Source: an uncultured Desulfobacter sp.
GTDB lineage: Bacteria > Desulfobacterota > Desulfobacteria > Desulfobacterales > Desulfobacteraceae
Assembly: GCA_963665095.1 (NCBI GenBank)
Contig: OY762069.1
Location: forward strand, 4,864,001 to 4,928,000
Direction: 5' to 3'
DNA: 64,000 nucleotides
Shown: positions 29,522 to 37,728 of the stretch, piece after piece
How the letters are laid out: every line of letters starts with the position of its first letter
How positions within the stretch are numbered: position 1 is the stretch's first letter
Made by a program: the position numbers and the translations under genes
Notes under the pieces: model-generated
What the model was told of the DNA's origin: nothing
Seen by the model: only the letters and a program-made list of their open reading frames with translations
Database searches by the model: none

Positions 29522-31732
29522 GTGACCGCTTCTGTTGACAGTGTAAAAGAAAAAATCCTTATCGTGGATGACACGCCTGCCAATATTGATGTGCTGGGGG
29601 GCATTCTTGCCCAAGAGTATGACATCAGTGTGGCCATCAGCGGCCATATGGCACTGGATATTGTTTACTCCGGAGACGCACCGGATCTGATCCTGCTGGA
29701 CATCATGATGCCGGAAATGGACGGCTACGAGGTGGCAAGGCTTCTGAAATCCAACCAGGCCACCAGCCACATCCCCATTATTTTTGTCACGGCAAAAATC
29801 GATGATGCAGATGAGGCCGTGGGGTTTGAGGCAGGCGCCGTGGATTATATCAGGAAGCCGGTAAATGCCCCTATCACCCTTGCACGAATCAAATCCCAGC
29901 TTGAGTTGAAACGCTATCGTGACCGGCTCACCCATATGGTGGAAAAGAAAACAGACCAGGTAAAACACTCGGAAAAAGCCCTGGCAGAAGAACAGCAGAA
30001 ACTGACCCAGGTGCAGGGGGATCTTAGGGACAAGTCCGAGCAGGCCCATAAAAATCAGGTCTATTTCAGAGAGCTGTTCATGAATTCTCCCTACGGTATT
30101 GTTTTGATCGGCCTGGACAAAAAGGTGCTTAACAGCAACAGAAGCTTTTTTGACCTGTTTGGATATTCCCGTTCAGACCTTGTTTATAATGAATTCCCGG
30201 CAAGCATGCTTGATGCCCGGTCCCAGGAAAAAATCAAAACTCTGGTGCAGCAGGCGCTGGAGGGGCGAACCGGAAAAACAGAGACCGGGTGCCGCCACAA
30301 GAACGGGTATGACATCCAGGTGTCTGCCCTTGCCTATCCGGTGAAAATTGACGGGGCTGTTCAGGGGGTGTTTGTCTTTTACGAAGACATTACCCAGCGC
30401 AAACTGTTTGAACAGAAACTGCATCACCAGGCCTATCACGATGCCCTCACCGGCATTGCCAACCGGCGCTATTTTACCGAACAGCTTGACACCCTTCTGG
30501 ATATGCAGAAAAAAAGACCTGGGTTCAGGTTTTCCGTTCTTCTTATTGATCTGGACCGGTTTAAGAATGTCAACGACTCCCTGGGGCACCAGGCCGGCGA
30601 CCAGCTTTTGAAACTGGTGGCTGAAAAAATTAAATATTGCCTGCGGATCAACGATATTCTGGCACGGCTGGGCGGGGACGAGTTTGCCATTTTGCTGTCT
30701 GATATGGAGTCCCATGAGCAGATTGCAGTCATTGCCGAACGGATTACCAGGGCTGCTGCCTCCCCGTTTATGATCAGCGGTCAGGAGGTGCGGATCTCCG
30801 CAAGCATCGGAGTGGTCACCCAGACACAGGCGTATGATACAGCTGATAATCTGATCCGGGATGCCGATCTTGCCATGTACCATGCCAAGGATTCAGGCAA
30901 GGCCCAGTTCCAGTTTTTTTCCAGCCGGATGCACGAAACTGCGTTAACTTCACTTGCCATTGAGACCGAGCTGAGAAAGGCCATTGAACACCGGGAGCTG
31001 GTTTTATATTTTCAGCCCATCATCAATATCGCAGCCGATACCCTGGAAGGGTTTGAGGCCCTCATCCGCTGGCACCATCCTGTCCGGGGAGTGGTGCCTC
31101 CGGATCAGTTCATCCCCATTGCAGAGGAGACCGGCCTGATTCTGCCCATGGGGGACTGGATCATTCAGGAGGGGTGCCGGAAACTGGCCCTGTTGAAAAA
31201 AAAGACCGGACAAAAGTTATCCATGAATCTGAATGTCTCCGTAAAACAGTTTTTGCAGAATGATTTTGTTGACAAGCTGAAATGTGAACTCTTAAAAGCA
31301 AAACTTTGTCCTGGAGACATCAAGCTTGAGTTCACGGAATCCCTTTTAATGGAGCATACGGAGGAGGCCGTAAAAAAGCTCTTCGCCCTGCGCGATCTCG
31401 GTATCAAGCTGGCCATTGATGATTTCGGCACAGGCTATTCATCCCTGTCCTATCTGCAGCAGTTCCCCATTGACCAGATCAAGATCGACCGCTCCTTTAT
31501 CAATGCTATGGACCAGAAAGAGGAGAGCCGGGAAATCGTCAGATCCATCCTGACCCTGGCCAACTCCCTGGAGATGTCCACTGTGGCCGAAGGCGTGGAA
31601 ACCCAGTCCCAGCTGGATGGCCTCTCACATCTTTCCTGCGCTAGCGGCCAGGGCTATTTCATTGCCAGACCCATGCCCTGGGAGGATCTGGATGATTTTA
31701 TTGCCCGGTACCCAAATAACCCCCAGGCGTAG
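29522..31732 (+). CDS. Response regulator diguanylate cyclase/phosphodiesterase (REC-PAS-GGDEF-EAL)
   Basis: ILIVDD...LLDIMMP; PAS; HDALTG and RLGGDEF; FEALIRW, IDDFGTGYSSL and AEGVET. Confidence 0.95.
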   Translation: MTASVDSVKEKILIVDDTPANIDVLGGILAQEYDISVAISGHMALDIVYSGDAPDLILLDIMMPEMDGYEVARLLKSNQATSHIPIIFVTAKIDDADEAVGFEAGAVDYIRKPVNAPITLARIKSQLELKRYRDRLTHMVEKKTDQVKHSEKALAEEQQKLTQVQGDLRDKSEQAHKNQVYFRELFMNSPYGIVLIGLDKKVLNSNRSFFDLFGYSRSDLVYNEFPASMLDARSQEKIKTLVQQALEGRTGKTETGCRHKNGYDIQVSALAYPVKIDGAVQGVFVFYEDITQRKLFEQKLHHQAYHDALTGIANRRYFTEQLDTLLDMQKKRPGFRFSVLLIDLDRFKNVNDSLGHQAGDQLLKLVAEKIKYCLRINDILARLGGDEFAILLSDMESHEQIAVIAERITRAAASPFMISGQEVRISASIGVVTQTQAYDTADNLIRDADLAMYHAKDSGKAQFQFFSSRMHETALTSLAIETELRKAIEHRELVLYFQPIINIAADTLEGFEALIRWHHPVRGVVPPDQFIPIAEETGLILPMGDWIIQEGCRKLALLKKKTGQKLSMNLNVSVKQFLQNDFVDKLKCELLKAKLCPGDIKLEFTESLLMEHTEEAVKKLFALRDLGIKLAIDDFGTGYSSLSYLQQFPIDQIKIDRSFINAMDQKEESREIVRSILTLANSLEMSTVAEGVETQSQLDGLSHLSCASGQGYFIARPMPWEDLDDFIARYPNNPQA

Positions 31733-32381
31733 AATGGGTGACCCCATATTTGAAAAGGTAGTACTTGTGCATGAGCCAGGCTTCGTATCCGTTCAGGCTT
31801 TTGGCGCCGCCGATGAGCTGGCCTTCAATATAGGTTTTACAGGCTTTTTCAAGGACCAGGGCAGCGATGATGGCCTCTTCCATGGTGCGGCCCAGGGTGA
31901 CGGCGCCGTGGTTTGCCATGAAGGCGGCAAAACGGCCTTTCAGGGCTTTGGTGGTGGCTTTAACAATTTTTTTGGTGTTGGGCAGGCCATAGTCGGCGCA
32001 CCTGACATTCGGCCCTAGAATCTGGGCCTGGTCGTCCAGGATCGGGGGCAGATCCCTGTGGGCTGCTGCAAGGGTGGAGGCATAGGGCTGGTGGGTGTGG
32101 ACCACGGCGTTGATTTTTTTGCGGGTGCGGTATATTTCTGCGTGCAGCCCTTTTTCGCTTGAGGGTTTGATATTACCCTCCACTTTCATGTTTTTGTAAT
32201 TCATGATGACGATGTCGTCTTCGGTCATATCTTCGTAGGGACGGCCGGAAGGGGTGATGGCCATCAGTTCGTTGTCAATGCGCAGGCTGCAGTTACCCCA
32301 GGTGCCTTCCACAAGGCCGCGTTCCAGAAGTTGTTTCCCGGCATTACAGACAATCTGCCGTTCGGTTTTGAATTCTTCCAT
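31698..32381 (-). CDS. Class II aldolase/adducin family protein (fuculose-1-P aldolase-like)
   Basis: GTWGNCS, ITPSG, KPSSE, VVHTH and ANHG metal-binding motifs. Confidence 0.9.
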   Translation of the reverse strand: MEEFKTERQIVCNAGKQLLERGLVEGTWGNCSLRIDNELMAITPSGRPYEDMTEDDIVIMNYKNMKVEGNIKPSSEKGLHAEIYRTRKKINAVVHTHQPYASTLAAAHRDLPPILDDQAQILGPNVRCADYGLPNTKKIVKATTKALKGRFAAFMANHGAVTLGRTMEEAIIAALVLEKACKTYIEGQLIGGAKSLNGYEAWLMHKYYLFKYGVTHSTPGGYLGTGQ

Positions 32382-33859
32382 TATACCCCCTCAATATTTT
32401 TAAACACCCGGTCGAATCGTTCCAGGGCGTTGTCAATGATGTCGTCGGTGTCTGCGGCAGATGTATAAAGCCTTGAGCCTGCCAGAGTGACAATGCCTTC
32501 TGCCATGTAGGCGGCACCCATCTCTTCCATGACCTGCTTTCTTTCATGGATTTTTTTGATGGTGGCAGGAATTTTCCAGGGCCGCTCCCAGGGAACGTGG
32601 AACAGCATGGTGCCCACGGTCTCCAGGTGGCAGATGGAACCCTGGTTAAAGGCCACAAAGGGCAGATGGTATTTTTGGATCAGCCGGTCAAGCCCTTGGG
32701 TGAGCCGGTCCCCGGCTCTTCCGGCCACTACCGGGGCGTTGGTCCGTTCAAGTTCGCACAGGGTAAAGTAGCCGGCGGCCGCGCTCAACGGATTGGCTGC
32801 CATAGTGCCGCCCACCAGCGCCTTTTTTTTGCCGGCTTCAAGCCCTGCGGCCAGATAGGCCATATACTCGGCCTTCCCGCCTAATCCCCCGGCAGAGGGG
32901 TAGCCGCCGGCAATGATTTTGCCGAATACCGTGAGATCCGGAGTGACGTTGAAATAGCCCTGGGCACCGCCCATGCCCAGGCGGAAGGCGGTGACCACCT
33001 CGTCAAAGATCAAAAGCGCCCCGTACTGGTCGCAAAGTTCCCGGACCTTTGCGTTGAAATCCTTGTCCAGGGGCCGGGTCCCGGATTCAGGGCCGATGGG
33101 CTCCATGATCACGGCTGCGGTGCCTCCCCTGAATTTATTGCGCCATAAAAGTTTCTCAAGATCCCTGATGCGGTTTGGAAAGAATTCCTGGGTGTATTTA
33201 AAGCAGTTTTTCGGCACGCCATGGGCTTCCATGTGCTTGATGCCGGGAAGTCGAATGCCGTAGGCCAGCTGGTCGCTCCAGCCGTGGTAGGCCCCGCCCA
33301 TTTTAATGATGTATTTCTTTTTGGTGGCAAGGCGGGCAATGCGGATGGCACCCATATCCGCCTCCGTGCCCGAGCCCAGCATACGGAACATATCTACCCC
33401 CTGCATATGCTCGGCCACCTTTTGGGCAAGTTTAAGTTCATATTCATGGAACAGCCCTGTGACCGGACCGCAGGTGTTGAGAAGTTCGATGACCTGCTCC
33501 CGGATGGTGTCCGGGTTGGAGCCTAACAGCGTGGGGCCGCCGGCCTGGAGAAAATCAATGTAGTGGTTGCCGTCCAGGTCCTTGAGACAGGCGCCCCGGG
33601 CCTGGGTGAACACCAGGGGAAAGGGGTAGTTAAAGGCCAGGTTGTGCTGGACCCCGCCCGGGATGAATTTTCTGGCCTCCGTGATCCTGGCTTTGGACTT
33701 GGGGCACTTGGTGTCAAACCAGGAAAGGTAAGAGGCCAGGGCCTCTTTTTTAAGCCGGCGGATGGGCTGGCTGATCAGGGCGTTTAAGCGCTGCATCACA
33801 GCCTGGGTGTCGTGGTAAGTTTCAATGGCGTAACCGCTATGGGTTTTATCCGTATTCAT
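32381..33859 (-). CDS. Class III PLP aminotransferase (glutamate-1-semialdehyde aminomutase-like paralogue)
   Basis: FIPGGV, SGTEA, YHGWSD, LIFDEVVTAFR, VFGKIIAGG and GGTMAANP; 1-bp overlap with the aldolase gene. Confidence 0.88.
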   Translation of the reverse strand: MNTDKTHSGYAIETYHDTQAVMQRLNALISQPIRRLKKEALASYLSWFDTKCPKSKARITEARKFIPGGVQHNLAFNYPFPLVFTQARGACLKDLDGNHYIDFLQAGGPTLLGSNPDTIREQVIELLNTCGPVTGLFHEYELKLAQKVAEHMQGVDMFRMLGSGTEADMGAIRIARLATKKKYIIKMGGAYHGWSDQLAYGIRLPGIKHMEAHGVPKNCFKYTQEFFPNRIRDLEKLLWRNKFRGGTAAVIMEPIGPESGTRPLDKDFNAKVRELCDQYGALLIFDEVVTAFRLGMGGAQGYFNVTPDLTVFGKIIAGGYPSAGGLGGKAEYMAYLAAGLEAGKKKALVGGTMAANPLSAAAGYFTLCELERTNAPVVAGRAGDRLTQGLDRLIQKYHLPFVAFNQGSICHLETVGTMLFHVPWERPWKIPATIKKIHERKQVMEEMGAAYMAEGIVTLAGSRLYTSAADTDDIIDNALERFDRVFKNIEGV

Positions 33860-33910
33860 GGGCCCCTTTTTTATTTTATGTTGATGAATTTTTGTTTTTA
33901 TTTTATTTAT

Positions 33911-33924
33911 ACTGACCAGTCAGT
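33911..33924. promoter_or_regulatory. TetR-type operator palindrome between the divergent aminotransferase and kinase genes
   Basis: ACTGAC-CA-GTCAGT embedded in AT-rich intergenic DNA. Confidence 0.6.
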
Positions 33925-34032
33925 TTTATAAAATCAAGTCTTTTTTTAGAGTGTTGCATTTTTATATGCGTAAAAAGATTGACCGGGATGGCTGATCCGG
34001 CTTAGCATCAGTTTAAATTAAAGGAGTTTTCC

Positions 34033-35628
34033 ATGGTCCATGTCATTTTATCTTACGATATCGGCACCACCGGCGCCAAGACCTGTCTTTTTAAGCTGGA
34101 TAAAGAGTTGTGCCTGCTGGATGCCGAAGTAAGAGGATATCCTCTGATCAGTACGGCCGACGGCGGTTCGGAGCAGGACCCGGATGACTGGTGGCAGGCC
34201 ATGTGCGAGGGCACCCGGACCGTGCTGGACAGGACCGGGTACCGGAAAGACCAGATCTGCGCCATCTCATTCTGCTGCCAGATGCAGGCCCTGGTCCTGG
34301 TGGATAACAAGGGCAAGGCGATCCGAAATGCCATGGGCTATATGGACGGCCGGGCCATAGAACCATTCCGGAAAAATATGGCGGCAGGGTTTCCCAAAAT
34401 CGAGTCCATGAATGCCTTTAAGCTGCTGACCTCCCTTTATATCACGGGCGGTGCCGCAGCCACGGCCAAGGACCCTTTATGGAAATATCACTGGGTCAGG
34501 GAAAACGAACCGGGCAATTTTGCCCGGGTATACAAGTGGCTGGATGTCCGGGATTATCTAAGCCTGCGCTGTACCGGTAATTTTGCCATGTCCCGGGATT
34601 CTGCCCATGTGACGTTCCTGTATGATACCCGGCCAAAAAAACTTGCCTGGTCCAGGACACTTTGCCGGATTTTTGACGTGGACACGGCCCACCTGCCTGA
34701 AGTGCACTCTTCCACAGACCCGGCCGGCCTGCTTCTGGACAAAGCCGCATCGGATCTCGGTCTTGCGCCTGGTACTCCCGTCTATTTCGGGGGGGGCGAC
34801 ATCACCCTGATCCCCCTTGGCAGCGGGTGTACGGATCTTCATGACATGCACGCCTATGTGGGGACATCGGGCTGGGTGGTGGCCAATACCGACAAGCGCA
34901 TGGTGGATGTGAAAAATTTCGTGGCCTCCATCTCAGGTGCCTTTCCCGGCTATTACAACTATGCCGCAGAGCAGGAAACTTCAGGCCTTTGCCTGCAGTG
35001 GGTCCGGGATCACCTGGCCCTGGATGCTTTAGGCGTCTATCTGGACCACCCGGAGCAGGAAACCGATGCCCTGCAAAGCGACCGACTTTACGACATCATG
35101 AACAGGGCTGTGGGAGAGATTGAACCCGGATCCGGCGGAGTGATTTTCACCCCATGGCTGCACGGCAACCGGTCGCCCCGGGAAGACCCCCATGCCCGGG
35201 GCATGTTTTTCAATATCGGGCTGAACACCGGCAAGCGCGCCATGATCCGGGCGGTTCTCGAAGGCATGGCCTATCATATCCGATGGATGCTGGAGGCAGT
35301 TGAAAAGCGGATACCAAAGCAAACGCACCTTCGCCTGGTGGGTGGGGGCGCCAAATCCGAAATACTTTGCCAGATCATGGCCGATGTGACCGGCCGCTGC
35401 ATCCAGGTACCCGAAGACCCTCAGAATGTCGGCGCTGCCGGCGCTGCCATCATCTGTGCCCTGGGCCTGAACCTGATTGAATCGACATCCAGCGCCAAAC
35501 AGTTCATCCGCATCAAAAAAGAATACCAGCCCGACGCACACGCCCAAAAGGTCTATAACCGGATCTTCCCGGTATTTGAAAAACTATACGAAAAAAACAA
35601 AAAGCTGTTCTGGCAGCTGAATAAATAA
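34033..35628 (+). CDS. FGGY-family carbohydrate kinase (xylulokinase-like)
   Basis: YDIGTTGAK, EQDPDDWW, GGGD, GTSGW, PWLHGNRSP, RAVLEG and VGGGAKS. Confidence 0.92.
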   Translation: MVHVILSYDIGTTGAKTCLFKLDKELCLLDAEVRGYPLISTADGGSEQDPDDWWQAMCEGTRTVLDRTGYRKDQICAISFCCQMQALVLVDNKGKAIRNAMGYMDGRAIEPFRKNMAAGFPKIESMNAFKLLTSLYITGGAAATAKDPLWKYHWVRENEPGNFARVYKWLDVRDYLSLRCTGNFAMSRDSAHVTFLYDTRPKKLAWSRTLCRIFDVDTAHLPEVHSSTDPAGLLLDKAASDLGLAPGTPVYFGGGDITLIPLGSGCTDLHDMHAYVGTSGWVVANTDKRMVDVKNFVASISGAFPGYYNYAAEQETSGLCLQWVRDHLALDALGVYLDHPEQETDALQSDRLYDIMNRAVGEIEPGSGGVIFTPWLHGNRSPREDPHARGMFFNIGLNTGKRAMIRAVLEGMAYHIRWMLEAVEKRIPKQTHLRLVGGGAKSEILCQIMADVTGRCIQVPEDPQNVGAAGAAIICALGLNLIESTSSAKQFIRIKKEYQPDAHAQKVYNRIFPVFEKLYEKNKKLFWQLNK

Positions 35629-35693
35629 TTGGGGTCAGAGTAAAATTAAATCTGCTTGCAGATTTAATTTTACTCTGACCCCAATTATTTATT
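35620..35693. repeat. 74-bp palindrome (36-bp perfect arms, 2-nt spacer), REP-like; probably also a bidirectional terminator
   Basis: AATAAATAATTGGGGTCAGAGTAAAATTAAATCTGC-TT-GCAGATTTAATTTTACTCTGACCCCAATTATTTATT. Confidence 0.9.
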
Positions 35694-36257
35694 GATCAGG
35701 CCGGTGGAGAGGATATCGAAGACTGTGCGGGTGATCTCTTCTAAGTCGTCACTGTCGGGCTGTTCAAGGAAATGGCTGCACACCGCATCAATGATGCCTA
35801 TGATCACCATGGCGGTCAGCCGGCAGGAGATTGGTTTGATATATCCTTTCTTCTGGCCGATGCTCAGCTGATTTTCAATAAAGGCGTTAAATTTTTTTCT
35901 TACTTCTTTGATTTCATTGAGCACCTCAGTGTCTATGCCGCTGGACATCTCGTTGGCAAAGATGCGGGTAATCTCTCTTTTTTCAATGAAGAGGCGGACC
36001 ATGGTGGTCACGATCTGGGGGAAATGGTCTGGAAAGGGAAGATCTGATGCCATCTCCTTTTCCATTTCAACCATGATCTGGTTGAGTCCATGGATGACCG
36101 TGGCCCCGAACATTTTGGATTTGCTGGCGTAATTATAATACAGGGTTCCCTTGGCCACCTTTGCCTGTTCGGCAATTTCATCCATGGTGGCCTGGTGGAA
36201 CCCTTTTTGTGCAAAAATAACGCTTGCGGTCTGAAGTATTTGTTCTTTTCTATCCAT
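35685..36257 (-). CDS. TetR/AcrR family transcriptional regulator
   Basis: ILQTASVIFAQKGFHQATMDEIAEQAKVAKGTLYYNYASK HTH; ATG 36257 overlaps the upstream stop (ATGGATAG). Confidence 0.92.
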   Translation of the reverse strand: MDRKEQILQTASVIFAQKGFHQATMDEIAEQAKVAKGTLYYNYASKSKMFGATVIHGLNQIMVEMEKEMASDLPFPDHFPQIVTTMVRLFIEKREITRIFANEMSSGIDTEVLNEIKEVRKKFNAFIENQLSIGQKKGYIKPISCRLTAMVIIGIIDAVCSHFLEQPDSDDLEEITRTVFDILSTGLINK

Positions 36258-37599
36258 TAATGATTTTAAAATCGGATCCTTTTGGATGGTCTGCGGCAAA
36301 TTTTTTCAGCCGTTCCTCCAATGTGGGAAACTGGTCTTTGCCGGTCAGGGAGACGCAGGCGCGAAGTCCTTCATGGCGGTCGCTTCCCGTGGTGGAAAGG
36401 GAGATGGCTGAAATGCCATAATAAAGCAGTTCTTCCACAAGCTCAACCCCGGTGAACCCGTCATAGGCAATGGTGAAATAAAACCCGTCACCAACGGCTT
36501 TGTCTCCGTCCCTGTCATAGACAATATGGAACCCGTTGTCCGTAAAAGATTGCTTCATGAATTCTGCCCGGTCACCGTACTCCTTAACCGATGCCACAAA
36601 ATTATATTCCCCGTTGTTCACTGATTTGAGAAGGGCTGAAAGCCCGTACTGGCTGGAGTGGCACACGCCTGAGCTTAAAGCGTACATGGCGCCGAAAATA
36701 TATGCTTTTCCAAAGTTATCCGTATTGAACCATTTTGCCAGATTGTCCCCTTTGGAATTAAAGAGTCCCTCGGGGATGGCCGTAAACCCTAACCGCTGAC
36801 CTGCCATGGAAAAAGATTTGGACGCGGAGATCAGCAGGATATAGTTGTCTGTGTATTTTGCCACCGTGGGGACAAACGGGGCCTTGCCGGGTGCGGAAAA
36901 ATCCTGCCTGAAATCCATGCCAAAGTAGGCTAAATCCTCAAGAACGATGCAGTCATATTTATTGGCCAGGGTGCCAATGGTTTCAAGCTCTTCTTCGGTA
37001 AAGCAGATCCAGGAGGGGTTGTTGGGGTTGGAGTACATGAGTGCGGCAATGTCACCCTGTTTAAGATAGGATTCCAGTTTGGGGCCAAGCTTGTCTCCTC
37101 TGAATTCATATACATCAAAATGTTCGCAGGGTACGCCCAAGACTCGGGCCTGGAGTTTATTCACCGGAAATCCAGGGTCAATAAACAACAGCTTGTCTTT
37201 CCCTTTAGTGCGTCGGGAGGTGCACATCATGGCCATATAGCAGCCCTGCATGGATCCCACCGTGGGAAAGCAGGAGACCGGAGGAATATATATATTTAAA
37301 AAATTTTTTATAAAAAAGGATATTTCCTGTTTAAGCTCCGGAATCCCGTCAAAAGGCGGATATTTGGCCCCCACCCCTTTTCTTAGTGCCTCGACCTCCG
37401 CCTCAATGGCAATCTTTGGCGGTTCCAGTCCGGGCACCCCCATCTCCATGCGGATAAAGGGTTTCCCTGACGCCGCTTCTATATTTAAAACGATCCGGTT
37501 CAGTTCCCGGATGGAAGCCATACCCACCGAGGGCAGGCCCATGGCTTTGATTTCCTGTTTTACAATGGCGGGATCCATTGGGGTTTCCGGCAGTGCCAT
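36250..37599 (-). CDS. Class I/II PLP-dependent aminotransferase
   Basis: YSNPNNP, LEDLAY and SASKSFSMAGQRLG (PLP Lys). Confidence 0.9.
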   Translation of the reverse strand: MALPETPMDPAIVKQEIKAMGLPSVGMASIRELNRIVLNIEAASGKPFIRMEMGVPGLEPPKIAIEAEVEALRKGVGAKYPPFDGIPELKQEISFFIKNFLNIYIPPVSCFPTVGSMQGCYMAMMCTSRRTKGKDKLLFIDPGFPVNKLQARVLGVPCEHFDVYEFRGDKLGPKLESYLKQGDIAALMYSNPNNPSWICFTEEELETIGTLANKYDCIVLEDLAYFGMDFRQDFSAPGKAPFVPTVAKYTDNYILLISASKSFSMAGQRLGFTAIPEGLFNSKGDNLAKWFNTDNFGKAYIFGAMYALSSGVCHSSQYGLSALLKSVNNGEYNFVASVKEYGDRAEFMKQSFTDNGFHIVYDRDGDKAVGDGFYFTIAYDGFTGVELVEELLYYGISAISLSTTGSDRHEGLRACVSLTGKDQFPTLEERLKKFAADHPKGSDFKIING

Positions 37600-37668
37600 G
37601 AATGTGTTCTCCTTAAAAAGTGTTGCGCTCTCTGGCAGCGGACAGGCACGGCCCTGGTCGCTGCCATA

Positions 37669-37698
37669 ATAATCTGATTAATTATTTAATCAGATTAT
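37669..37698. promoter_or_regulatory. 30-bp palindrome upstream of the aminotransferase-tetR operon, candidate operator
   Basis: ATAATCTGATTAA-TTAT-TTAATCAGATTAT with perfect 13-bp arms. Confidence 0.55.
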
Positions 37699-37728
37699 AG
37701 TAAGAGCATCCCCTGGATTTATCAACAA

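Noticed and set aside
31698..31732. Convergent 3' overlaps (EAL gene/aldolase, 35 bp; also MBL/GntR at 44304-44328, 25 bp)
   Set aside because: Short tail-to-tail overlaps are common and both partners look intact.
32381..33859. Calling the class III aminotransferase hemL
   Set aside because: It has an N-terminal extension, divergent motifs (YHGWSD, GGTMAANP) and a kinase/aldolase context with no tetrapyrrole genes.
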